64,000 nt of DNA. It comes from Diplonema japonicum. Its lineage: Eukaryota > Protista > Euglenozoa: Diplonemea. The notes under the pieces were generated by a model. That model saw only the letters and a program-made list of their open reading frames with translations. It was not told the DNA's origin and did no database searches. The stretch covers positions 62,001-126,000 of the forward strand of contig OZ025731.1 in the NCBI GenBank assembly GCA_964019335.1, read 5' to 3'. A program made the translations under genes and the position numbers. Each line of letters begins with the position of its first letter. Position 1 is the stretch's first letter. Below, one piece after another: positions 46,100-57,113 of the stretch.

Positions 46100-46558
46100 A
46101 TGACTGAGGCCACGGGAAAGAGCCTACTTAAAAATGAAATTCAGAAATTGGTGAAAGGGGCTGATGGATGCCTGAATGGGCAGAACACGAATGTGGTTGT
46201 GGAAACATTCTTCCGGGTTGCAGCGGTGGAAGGTGCCGCTGTGGCGGTGGGGGTGCTGGTGGCTGAGATGAAACAAGCAACTTCTGGAGAAGAAAAGGTC
46301 GCCCTCCTTAACTTGCTAACAACTTTGTGGCTGTGCTGCTGGGGCAAAAAATGGGTGCCTCCAAACCATGCTGAAGTGGATACTGCAGTTCGCGCATCAG
46401 TACTACCTGCCCTCACTGTCTCTGTGGTCCACACAGGCACCTCCCAAAATACAGATGTCATCGATTGCATCATATGCATGTGGCACACATTGGAGCTTAT
46501 AGACGCGAGTTACCTGGCTAAGCTACGGTTGTGTTTGTTCGACAACGGTGGAAAATAG
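46100..46558 (+). CDS. Small helical protein, CID (CTD-interacting domain)-like
   Basis: 152 aa. The pattern KVALLNLL...LP...IDCIICMW...LI...YLAKLR resembles CID helices; by eye only. Confidence 0.5.
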   Translation: MTEATGKSLLKNEIQKLVKGADGCLNGQNTNVVVETFFRVAAVEGAAVAVGVLVAEMKQATSGEEKVALLNLLTTLWLCCWGKKWVPPNHAEVDTAVRASVLPALTVSVVHTGTSQNTDVIDCIICMWHTLELIDASYLAKLRLCLFDNGGK

Positions 46559-46707
46559 GCGAGAAAAAAAGCATCCCCTCCCCCCCCCCTTTTTTTTATT
46601 GTCAGTTTTAAAAAAAAATTGGCTCATTTATGGTTCCCTCCAAAAAGAAAAAGAAAAAAAAGGTACACATACACAAAAAAAAAAAAAAAAAAACACAAAA
46701 AAAAAAA

Positions 46708-46926
46708 ATGGTGCTTTCGACTGGCACGTCCCTGGACCCTGTGGCCCCTGATTTGAAACTGTGGACCTTTGCCCCCGACATTCCCAAAATGTATACGGGG
46801 CCTTACCCCACAACGCTCGGGAAAATGCATGTTCAGGTGTTCCCTCCTGACGACACGATGCCGTGGAAACCGGAGTGTGACGGGTGCAACCTTCCCACTA
46901 GGGTCAAGAAGGGTGTGAATAACTGA
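46708..46926 (+). CDS. 72-aa hypothetical small protein
   Basis: ATG after a poly-A leader like the other genes; coding-like composition flanked by low-complexity spacers. Confidence 0.55.
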   Translation: MVLSTGTSLDPVAPDLKLWTFAPDIPKMYTGPYPTTLGKMHVQVFPPDDTMPWKPECDGCNLPTRVKKGVNN

Positions 46927-47829
46927 TTATTATTATTTTTCTTTTTTTTTTTTTTTTTTTTTTTTTGAATCGTGAGCGAGTTGCGAGTTTCTCCTTCTTC
47001 TTTTTTCGTGCCTGCAAAAACAAAGGGGTGTATATTTTTAGAGACCAAAAAAATTAACCAACAAATTGCATTCGTGCCGGAAAGAAAAAAAAAGAGAGAG
47101 TTAAATTAAAAGGAGACACCCGGAGGTGGAGTGAGCGGCGCGTGTGCTCGATGACCTTGATTTTCACCTTTCAGCACAAGTTGTGGGCGCAAATCTTTCG
47201 CCTGTCGTCAACCGGGTGGGAATTGTGTCAATTTTTTGAAGGGAGATAACCATTTCTTCTTTTTTTGTTTGAGTTTTTTTTTTTTGGTCTCTAGGTTTGC
47301 TCCCCCACCCAACAAAAAAAAGAAATAGTTGGTGTACAAAAAAAAAAAAAGAAAAAAAAAAACATTACAACAACATGACAAAAAGAGCAATGGGGCTCGA
47401 GAGAGGTGAGCCTTGGCCATAACCTGAACAGGGCCTCCGTAAGGTAAGGGAACGCAGTGGGGTCTAGTGGCGGGGGAAAAAAAAGAAAGTAGTGTATCTA
47501 TAAAGATATAAAAAAAGGAAACATCGATCAACTTCAATGGGCCTGCAGTGAAACTATTTCTTGAGAGGGGTCGGTGGGATCTGTTTAGCTATGAGCAGCA
47601 TGGGGCAAAGCGGGGATAGGGTGACCGCTGGGAAAAAAAGACATAAACGGAGAGAAAACCCCCATTTTCCATTCTCAATTGGGGTAGGAAAGCATGTCAG
47701 CGCACTCACACAATTCCTGGACCAAAAATGGGCGTAGATCTCAAAACCTGATTCTTTTTGTTGCTTCTTGTGTGGAGAAGGTGCATCGATAAGAGCTTCA
47801 TGTAGAGGGGGTGGCGTGGGTGTTGTTGT

Positions 47830-48370
47830 GTCTTGTGATGTTGAACTCAGGCCATGCCATGGGTGTCTTCCTGCCTCAAACAAAACATTTCTGAGAGGCC
47901 AATCGAGCAGAAAAAATCGCAGACAGCTATTAAAGCGATCGGAGGCCAAGAAGTAGTCACCACTATGCGGACTGCAGGTCCACCCATACCTACGATAGGA
48001 GGCCTGTGCTTGCAGAGCGCACTGTAATCTACCTAAAGGAACTAAGACGGTAGAGCCCACTGCGTGTCGGTGAGCAACAACTGCGAGAATAAGGGACTAG
48101 CCTCAAGAGAAGTGGAGCAGGAAGGCCTGCCGCCACATCATCTCAGGAGCCGACGAAACAGAAAATAAGCTGTTGAAGTCGAACGAGGAGTGAAACGTCC
48201 TCAAATAGCTAAGAGGCCTGCGATGGTACACTGGTAGGAAGACTCCTCCTCGAGCCCCTTCTAATATTAAAGACACTGAAATTTTATCTAATTTCTTGAT
48301 GAAAAAGGCCCTACGCCAGCCTAAGCATAGATTTGTTGCTGACCTCCATGTGGTACCCACCCAGGCAACG
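47830..48370 (-). mobile_element. Decayed non-LTR retrotransposon fragment (CRE/SLACS-like RT C-terminus)
   Basis: Minus-strand motifs in order LSYLRT, WRQAFL, SPHSGDYFLA, IAVC, HGLS, broken by stops and frameshifts. Confidence 0.45.
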
Positions 48371-48448
48371 ATCGGAAGTTCGCATGCATCCGGCGGAAGC
48401 GGCAGGGCGAAGGAAGCCTTGGCAGGCCAGAACCCCCTCCCCCTAGGG

Positions 48449-48575
48449 CTATGCTGGCAAGGAAACGCGTTTCCAAGCTAAAGAAAGTAAGGAAGCGGAA
48501 ACGGAAACGTTTCCTTATTTTGGGGCCGTTTCCTTAAGTATCTGGAAACCGTTTCCTCGTTTCTTGCCAACATGG
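48449..48575. mobile_element. MITE-like element
   Basis: Imperfect TIR CTATGCTGGCAAGGAAACG / CGTTTCTTGCCAACATGG with internal GGAAAC/GTTTCC repeats; no clear TSD. Confidence 0.55.
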
Positions 48576-50602
48576 TGGGGGGGGGGGGGGGGGGGGGGTC
48601 ACATGGTAGTGGTAAAATGGTTTTTTCAATTTCGCCAGTGCAGAGTACTGAGCCACCTAATCCATGTACTCACCCTTTTTTGACCAAAAAATCGATTTCC
48701 GCCCGATTCTGGGCACTTTTGGGCACCTACTAGGCATTATTTTGCATTTTTAAAAAAGGTGACCACGGTTTGGTTCCTGGTCTGTTGTCTTCCCTGTATC
48801 TTCTGAAAATTTCCGAAAAAAACTTAAAATTTGACATGGCTTTATACCTCCCTTTGAACGCGGCTCTTTAGGACGCCGCTACTGTTTGAACGGCAGAGTA
48901 CAGTCTAATCAGGTGGTGCTGCAAGTAGCCTCTCTGCATGCCTCACAACGTTCTCTAGTTTGGTGTTTAGTTGAAAGGTCCCACTGATCCCGAGTGGTGT
49001 CTATTGGCCTAGAGGGAAAGGGGTTTGAGCCTCAAGAAGGCGAGAAGAAGGACTGATACGCACGTAGCAACGGAGCAGCTGACCCCCCCCCCCAAAGAAA
49101 GAAAACCTGTTCCCCCCCTTTAAAAAGAGGGGAAAAGGTGCTGGGGTCAGGCATCCTTGGTAACCAAAAAAAAGGGGGACAAAAGTGTGCTATCAAGCAA
49201 CCTGCGTAGCTTGTGACAGGCACTGTGGTCATGAGTACCCACCCCGCGACACTCCAAACCCACGTAGTGAGAGCGGCGCAGCAAGTCGAAGAAAGGATCT
49301 AGCAACGAAAGAGCAAAGGGTTGTACGGGGATTGATAGAAGATGTTGGGTGGAAGAGGGGGAAAAAACAGAACGCCAGAAGCGTTGTGTGATGAGACCAA
49401 CGGGCGTCCATCTCCCAGTGGAGAGTGCGACCTCAAGCACGCCACAGCGACTGCTGGTGATGCAATAAGGAAACACAGGGAAGCATACAACTGGCTGCGA
49501 ACTGTGAGCAGCACAGGAGGTAGTCTTTGATGCGACGACACACGGCTCGTGGGTAGTTGAAAATGGTCAAGGTAAAGAAGAAGAAAATAAGGGCATCTCT
49601 TTGGACCCTTCTACGGAAATAAAAGTGAGCTTAAAGTGGAGTAAGGAGGGAGGGCAAGTATCCAAGGCGGTCGACCTTACTAGATACTTCGACGGGCCAC
49701 AGGCACTACCACGACAGAAAGGATGAAACACTAGATGAGTTGATTGTCGTTAGGCGATCCTGTCACATACTGCAGGTTCTCTCAAAGACTCCCTTCTTTT
49801 TGGCACGTTGGCGATGGCTGTGGTGGACTATTCAGTACAAGGTGCGCTTCATCCTCGAACAGCGACTCGCGGCCGGCTCACCGGGGAGAGACGTAACAAC
49901 AAGTTCGTGCCGATCTACCTCGAACCTACCCGAAGAATCACCCCATCTGCCGATAAAAATGCAACAACACAGAAGGGTAACAACACAAGATAGACCCTCC
50001 ACCACGCTGCACACTTAACGCCAAATAGTGTTGCAACCAAAGCCCCATTTATTTTTTAAAGCCAAGATGAAGTTACGGACCTACGGACCTCTGACAAAAC
50101 CCAACCCCTGAAATCCTAAAATCCTGCATCGAGGGGGAGCTTCAAGCTGGACATACACGACGACTTCCACCTTCTTGTCACGCAACATGGCCTATGTTGC
50201 ACCAATCTTGTGTCCGGGTCCGTTATAAGAACATCTTTGACACCTCTCCATGACCACACTATGACCTTCACCTCACAGGCCCTGGGCTATTACTTCCCGG
50301 TTCCGTGTTGAAAATGCCTCAAAGCAACCCTGTCCTAGTAAATGACACTGGCCACGGTCATGTTACGCCTCCGAAAACATGGCGTGTATCGGTCACACCG
50401 ACGAGAGACGGGCCAAAGGAGATGACTGGCTGAGTGTTCGCGAACGATGGGGAAAAAAAAATCCTTTTAAAAAAAAAAAACTTTTTTTTGGCTACTAACC
50501 CCACCCCCCACTTATTTTTGTCGCTGTTGTAATTTTTTTTTTTTGTCACTCAGGAGAAATAAACGAGTAAAAAACTTTTAAAAAAAAAAAAAAAAAACAA
50601 CT

Positions 50603-51136
50603 ATGGCCATTGCCATCCAACGGCTAAAGGAAGAGAGAAGAAACTGGAGGAAAGATCGGCCTTTTGGCTTTTACGCACGGCCCCTAACAGATGAGTCGGG
50701 CGAGCTCAACCTGTTGGAGTGGGAAGCGGTTATCCCTGGCAAAGATGGGACCATATGGGAGGGGGGTGAATACAAACTCCACATGGCCTTCACAAAGGAC
50801 TACCCCAGTAAACCACCTAAGTATGGAAAAAAAAAAAAAAAAAAAAAAAAAAATGGGGGTAAAAACGATTCTTTTTAAAGGGTTCAATTTCGCCCGATTA
50901 TCTTCCACCCAAATGTGTACCCCTCAGGGACAGTTTGCTTGTCAATTTTGAATGAGGAAAAGGGATGGAAGCCCTCGATCACCGTGAAGCAGATTCTGCT
51001 TGCGATCCAAGAACTGCTCGACACCCCCAACGTAAAGGACCCCGCCCAAAAAGAACCTTATGAGCTGTTGGTGAAGAACAAAGCTGCCTATGAGGAGAGA
51101 GTGCGAAAAGAAGCGAAACAGTTTGCCAAGAGATAG
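50603..51136 (+). CDS. UBC9: SUMO-conjugating enzyme Ubc9; exons 50603-50820, 50881-51136
   Basis: [17 protein letters not shown]. Removing the 60-nt intron restores [26 protein letters not shown]. Confidence 0.95.
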
Positions 51137-51691
51137 GCTCGTTAGCCTGGATTTTTTTCTTTTTTTTTACCCCCCCCTTCATTCCCCCCGTTTTTTTATT
51201 GTCATCAAGAAGGGGGAAATATAAGTGAGTGATTTTTTGTTCCCCCCCCCGCCCTAATCTATGAAAAATCTTTTTTGCCATACACGTCCAAAAAAAGAGA
51301 GGGGGGGGGAAGAAAAAGAGAGGGAAAGTGAAAAGAAGAAAATAAAAAAATGGGAGGTGTGCTAGGACGGGGCGACAATGAGCTAGTAGCATCTCTGGGA
51401 GGGGGGAGCTTGGGGGGTCACAACGCACCTACTTTCTCTCGAATCGGCCACTCTCTTGTTGGCGGTGGTGCTCTAGATTGTGTGGAGTCGATTGGCAAGT
51501 GCCCACCACCAATGTGCAGCTTTCCAGGGAGAAAATGGGTATGCAAAGGAAGAAGGAAAAAAAAAAAAAAAGAAAAAAAGAAAAAAAAGGGTAAATGCCG
51601 ACCTGTAAGCTGCAAGAAAAACAATATCGGATTCAAAGACTGCAGGGTGAAGCGAAACCAATGCGTAGTTTGCTCTTGAACCCAGCAAGGG

Positions 51692-51725
<34 letters not shown>

Positions 51726-51902
51726 AAAAAAAAAAAACGAATATTTACACGTGAGAGAACGGGACGAAAAAGGGGGGGGTATTTTTATATTTTCATATTA
51801 ACCCCCCCCCCCCCCCCCCCTTTCCCTTCTCTTGCAAGCACCACAGGATACCTCTCTTTTTTTGTTTCCCCCCTTTTTTTATTTTCAAATGAAGAGGGTA
51901 AA

Positions 51903-53441
51903 ATGTCAGGGGAAAACATAGAACCAATTCCCGTACTGGAACCAACCCCTCCGTCTGCTTCAGCAGGACCCGAGCCACGGCCTACTCAAACAAAGCAGGC
52001 GACGCAGGTGCTATTTATTGAACGAATCAATCCCGCAACAGCACTTTCGGAGCCTGCAAAACAAGATAAAATAGAGCGGCATCTCAGGGCAAAGGTCCGC
52101 CCGGCACCACCGGTTACAAAGAACCCCTTGATTTCTGCCAAGAAAACGAGACCCTTTGACCACGCAATAGGGGTGGTGGGAAGCATAGTAAGGCAAAGAC
52201 GGTCCATAAAATCGACTCAAATGGCTGAGAACAACAGCCTCCGCGTGGCGCTGTACCCTGCAAGGATGTTCGGCCGGGTGCTGATGTGCGTGGCGTCGTT
52301 GTCTTCAGTGGGGTTGATACACCCGACGTTCGTACCAGTAAACAGGTACGTTCAACTTGCTGAACAGATATTGAAGGAGATTTCACTGCCGAGGGGGACC
52401 GAAAACTTCACGATCGAAGACGTGAGAAAACTACTGAAAAAATGGGGTTTGCAATCTTGGGCCGCATCGCTGAAAGAATGCCTAGATGATCAAGCTCAGA
52501 ACATTCTACTATACCGCACAGAGACGAAGGATGATTCCATGAACACCGTCAAAAGGTGGGCAGATATCTCCGTCTCAGGACAGCATTCCACGTGTATTCC
52601 CCATCATTTCAACTGTCTTGGTCTAGATGTCGCTGCTGGTGACGATGAAAGATTCTTACTGACTGACGAGCGGTGCGTTCCAAGCGATGCATTCTGCTGG
52701 AGGGATCAATCTCAACCTATGGCCGTTTTGACCTGCCCGAAGACCTCGAATTTGTCGGTTACATTTCCTATCGCGTTTCTGGAATATAACCTTCGTGTGG
52801 ACCAGTTGGAACCGGCGATGCTTGAGGCGTACCAAGCTTGCAAAGGAGACAAACGAGCCTCGTTTGCCGCAGCGATTATCAAACAGCAGAAATTGGCGTA
52901 CGTCATCTCGGGGGACATGAAGGGCATTATGTACAAAATCGACGATTTTGAGATACTTGGAGAGACCAGCGATGGGGTGGGGACAATGGATGTAGAACAC
53001 GACTGCGAATTCTTAGTCATGGGTAACGGTGCTCTGTGGGATCACGTGTGTGAGTGGGAGGTTGGAACCCTGCTCAGAGGGATGCGGATGAACATCGACG
53101 CGAACAAGAAGTCATTCGGCAAGTACCAAGATCTGCTTGAGATACAAACCTTGCGCAGTAATAGTTCGTCCCTGATCACAGCTGTCTCCCGGCCCTCAGT
53201 TGTCTCTAGACAGTCCACTACCTCGTTAGACGAGGCGAGCGGTTCCTGCAGCAGCCGCGGAAGCGTTTCGAAAAACATTTTTCTCACCTGTTCGGAAGAC
53301 ACGGATTACACGAAGCTCGCGGAGAACGTTCTGGCTGAGGCGTTGTCCAGAGGAGCCGTGTGTCCCTCCTGCTTTGTGATGATCTTTAACAAGTACCCTC
53401 CTAAAAGGAGGAGCACGAACCTCACGAGCCCTTCGTCTTGA
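51903..53441 (+). CDS. Hypothetical protein
   Basis: 512 aa uninterrupted ORF, no recognised motif. Confidence 0.7.
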   Translation: MSGENIEPIPVLEPTPPSASAGPEPRPTQTKQATQVLFIERINPATALSEPAKQDKIERHLRAKVRPAPPVTKNPLISAKKTRPFDHAIGVVGSIVRQRRSIKSTQMAENNSLRVALYPARMFGRVLMCVASLSSVGLIHPTFVPVNRYVQLAEQILKEISLPRGTENFTIEDVRKLLKKWGLQSWAASLKECLDDQAQNILLYRTETKDDSMNTVKRWADISVSGQHSTCIPHHFNCLGLDVAAGDDERFLLTDERCVPSDAFCWRDQSQPMAVLTCPKTSNLSVTFPIAFLEYNLRVDQLEPAMLEAYQACKGDKRASFAAAIIKQQKLAYVISGDMKGIMYKIDDFEILGETSDGVGTMDVEHDCEFLVMGNGALWDHVCEWEVGTLLRGMRMNIDANKKSFGKYQDLLEIQTLRSNSSSLITAVSRPSVVSRQSTTSLDEASGSCSSRGSVSKNIFLTCSEDTDYTKLAENVLAEALSRGAVCPSCFVMIFNKYPPKRRSTNLTSPSS

Positions 53442-53541
53442 AAGAAAAAAAAAATTCCCCCTTCTCTCTCGTTCTCCTTTTTTTTTTTTTTTTTAAGTAC
53501 AGCGCGGCCGGTGAGCGCAAAAACGCATACCTTAAAAGAAT

Positions 53542-53593
<52 letters not shown>

Positions 53594-53934
53594 GGGACGC
53601 TACTATAGACGTCGACAAGAAGGCGGGACATACGATCCTGGACACGCTGCAGGCCGACATCATGGTTGAAACACAAAAGGAGGTGCGCCTTTCCGGTGCA
53701 GCCGGATTGACGTCGTTTCCTATCAATTGTAATCCCCCCCCCCTTTTTTTTTGTTTTCTACCTTCGCTGTGCTGCTGCGAGGGAAAAAAAAAAAATAACT
53801 ACTGTAAAACGAAATTTTTTTGGCGTCCGGGAATTTTTTTTTTTTTTTTTTTTTCCAAGGCCTCTGGTCCTCTACCACCTCTGCATCTTTGTCCTCCCTT
53901 GCTGGCCATGTGCTTCTTATCCGTATTATTCCTG

Positions 53935-54150
53935 AAGGAGTGGAAGGAGATGCACGTTTGTACCTTCTGACAACTCTACGAATGAGAAGTGTGGTTGTCG
54001 ACAAGCAGCAGAATCGGCTCGTTCGGGGCAAACCATGTAACCACGTAACCCGGTTGTATATACGACCTCAGCACCCCTTTTCGTTTTGGTTTTTAACCCC
54101 AACGCGCAACAGCTGGAGGTAGATTTGGTCCAGAACAATAGTGGACCTGA
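53935..54150 (-). mobile_element. pogo/Fot1-type DDE_1 transposase remnant
   Basis: Minus strand EPILLLVDNHTSH (53982-54020), preceded by GPNLPP and followed, after a frameshift, by NVHLL. Confidence 0.55.
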
Positions 54151-54627
54151 ATTCCATGGCGAGCCTTCTCCAAAGTCTGCCAGGTCTGTCTTTCGGGCTG
54201 GATATTTGTGCTGAGATAGGCCTCGCCAAGCCCGTTTTGCCTATCGACCCAAGCAAAAACCTTGGGCGGTCTATTCGTTTTATAGTATTTATTAAATAAG
54301 ATTGCATTTATTTCACGCGTGGTGGGCAGGGGGTTTAACGAGAGAGGATCTTCACGAGCGAAGCAAGTGCAGTGATAATTTCGAGTTAAACCCGCCTGCA
54401 CTATGTCACGAGCGTGATATGAAGTAATCTATTTCCACTCCCACCCTTTGAAAACCCGGCTCGAATTAAATAAGAAAAGAAGAAAACCCGATTGAGCATT
54501 ACTGAAAGACTCACCGTTCAGGATTAAAAAAAAAAAAAAAAAGAAGAAGAAAGGATCCGGCGGCGTTTGCCCTTTTGAATGGGCGTAGTGCTATTTCATT
54601 TATTATTTCTTCTGCAACACCAAGAAT

Positions 54628-54658
<31 letters not shown>

Positions 54659-54659
54659 A

Positions 54660-55735
54660 TGCTGAGGGACGGAAGGGGTGACATCAACGCGGCGTGGAGG
54701 GAGCTGGCCATGGTCAGTGAGAACATGCTGCTGGGAGAGGAACCTTCCGACAAGGCGCCGTACCAGGGCAGGGGGAAGACCCGAAAGCCACAACAAAAAC
54801 GACTATGCGCGCCAACAACCAGAGGAGCGGCAGGAGCGGCATCGACGAAGCAAGTGAAACTCGAGAGGATGGAAGGAAGACTCCAGGCCGGTCAAGATCC
54901 AATTGCTAAAGCTTCTACAGCAAGGCGGGGGACAGATGAGCAGGATAACGACGAGAACCATCCAAAACCTCAACGAGGACCTCCAGAACACGGGTGTCAA
55001 GAGCCGGCCCTTATCAGCAGAGGAGACATGCATTGAGGACATCGTTGCAGACGCGGAGCTAATGGGGGAAGCTGTGAAAAGGCGAGAACGGGAACTGGAG
55101 AAGGAGCAGAGGGTGGCGAGGAAAAGGAACTACCTCGATTCGGTGGAGAGAGGGGCTGAGACGAGGGACTTAGTAGCAGGGATGAAGGGAACGCAAGTGG
55201 GACGGGGCACAGCGAGCGTGGAGCTTGAGGGCGCCACGATCGCGAATCCAGAGCAGCTAGACAGGACGATGAGAGAACATGGGAGACTGTATTCGCGAAG
55301 TACAAGAACAGACCACAGCCGGGTACGAGACCTTTAAGAAGGAGTACGGGTCACACATCGTCAGACAAGAGATGGGAGGCAAGTGCTGATGAAGAAAACG
55401 GCCAGAAGTGCAGCAGGTATAGACGGCTGGCGGATGGCAGAGCTACGTAGGCTCCCAGTGGTGGTGCTAGATGCATGGGCAGACCTGTTCAACTTCATCG
55501 AAGAGACAGGGGAATGGCCGGAGGCGCTGTGCACGGCGCTGGTGACCTTGGTGCCGAAGTGTAAGAACGCAGGACCACTAGAACACCGACCCATCACGGT
55601 CACGTCGGCTGTGTACAGGCTGTGGGCGAGCACCAGGCTGCAGGACATCTTGCCATGGCAGGAGAGGTGGATACACAACACGCAGCATGGGTTCAGAACA
55701 AAGCACGGGACGGAGGATGTCCTCATGGAAATAAG
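54660..55735 (+). mobile_element. Truncated LINE-like retrotransposon (start of the reverse transcriptase)
   Basis: SAAGIDGW, GEWP, VTLVPK, RPITVTSAVYRLW, QHGFR; ends before YxDD; frameshifted upstream part. Confidence 0.85.
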
Positions 55736-56155
55736 CACTTTCATATCTTGGAAATCTGTACCAACTCGTCTTCCGTCGGGCTTTTCGATCTTGTTGTTCT
55801 GAAGTTGTGAAAAGAGCAAAAGCGGTGCCACTCTGCTTCGTAAGTGCTGGTGCTTTTCATGGCAAGCTGGCGTTCATGATCTTCGACACCTCTGCCTTTG
55901 TATCCTTCGCCTTTTTGCCCATTGCCTTCGGCTTCCGTCCCATTGTAAAAATAGGTGAAATAGGTGAAAAATAGGCCCAGGAGTGAAATAATGTTACATT
56001 ATTTCACGCTCAAACATTATTTCACTCCTGGGCCTAATTTCAAGGTAAACTGGGAGTGAAAATAAAGCTGGGAGTTGACATAATGTAAAATCTTATTTTT
56101 CACTCCCATCCTTGAAAACCCGGCTCGAGTTATATAAAATAAAATAAGAAATACA
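55733..56155 (-). mobile_element. Crypton-like element end with the N-terminal fragment of a tyrosine recombinase
   Basis: ATG at 55943(-): MGRKPKAMGK...SLP/KSTSTYEAEWHRFCSF...PTEDELVQ/FQDMK (2 frameshifts). Perfect 24-bp inverted repeat 55972-55995 / 56013-56036. Terminal motif shared with 54436-54468. Confidence 0.55.
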
Positions 56156-56222
56156 AGGTTTCTTGTACACACATAACATGTGTGGTTCACGTGCTCGCCC
56201 TAAACTTTTTTTCGTTGAAAAA

Positions 56223-56341
56223 GGATACGGCCATACTCTGGTGAATGCACCCCATCCCGCCTGATTTGGGAAGTTAAGCACCAGCAGGCCAGGTTAGTAC
56301 TGCGGTGAGTGATCACGTGGGAAGCCCTGGTGCTGTATCAT
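56223..56341 (+). rRNA. 5S rRNA gene (solitary copy, possibly pseudogene)
   Basis: GGATACGGCCATAC..., A box AAGTTAAGC, GGTTAGTACT, ...GTGCTGTATC; no oligo-T immediately downstream. Confidence 0.9.
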
Positions 56342-56914
56342 CTAAACTTCAGTGAGCACCCCCGTGCACACTGAAATATATTATCGAGTTTTATTTTTCT
56401 TACGCTTCATATCCGCCAAGTGACCCGGCCTATGTCCAAAGTCATAGGGGTTTTAAGGGGGAAAAACCTCGAAAAAATGGCAAAAACAATGCTCAAGGGT
56501 TCACTGATTTTTTTCTTTCTTTCTTTTTTTTTTTTTTTTCTTTTTCTAAACCTGTTGCAAAGTGAAGTGACGATTCCAACTTTTGTGAAGCAAAAGCACG
56601 TATTTAGGTGGGTGAGATGGCAAACCCGAGGATGGCAGCGAGCTACACGTTTTTGGAATGCCGTTCTTTGTACTTACTATAGTTGTTCGGCATTCTCCCC
56701 CCCCCTTTTTTCCCCCCTTCCCTCAGGCTCTTCTCCATCACCCGCCAAGGTGGATACACGAATGTTTGAAAGCGACGTTACGGCAAATGTTGGTATTTGT
56801 AATAAAAAAAAGGGGGGGGGGAGAGACAGTTTTACAACCGTCGAAACTTGAATCAAAATAAGATTTTTTTTTCTCTCTTTTTTTTTTTACTTCCTCTCCT
56901 ATAAAAGGCGTCAT

Positions 56915-56947
<33 letters not shown>

Positions 56948-57029
56948 CCCCAGGGAAAGGGGGAAAGAGATTTCCGTCCGGGAAAAAAAAAAAGGAAAAA
57001 AAAATAAAAAAAACTGAATTTGTGACCCT

Positions 57030-57065
<36 letters not shown>

Positions 57066-57113
57066 TCCCATCTCCCCCCTCAACGCAAAAAAAAATACAA
57101 AAAAAAGGAGGGA

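Noticed and set aside
50821-50914. Frameshift, stop read-through or alternative genetic code in Ubc9 and Spt6
   Set aside because: Canonical introns restore conserved motifs; TAA, TAG and TGA all terminate genes in this window.
56150-56900. Spliced-leader RNA gene linked to 5S
   Set aside because: No sequence resembling the euglenozoan SL core (CAGTTTCTGTACTTTATTG) seen on either strand.
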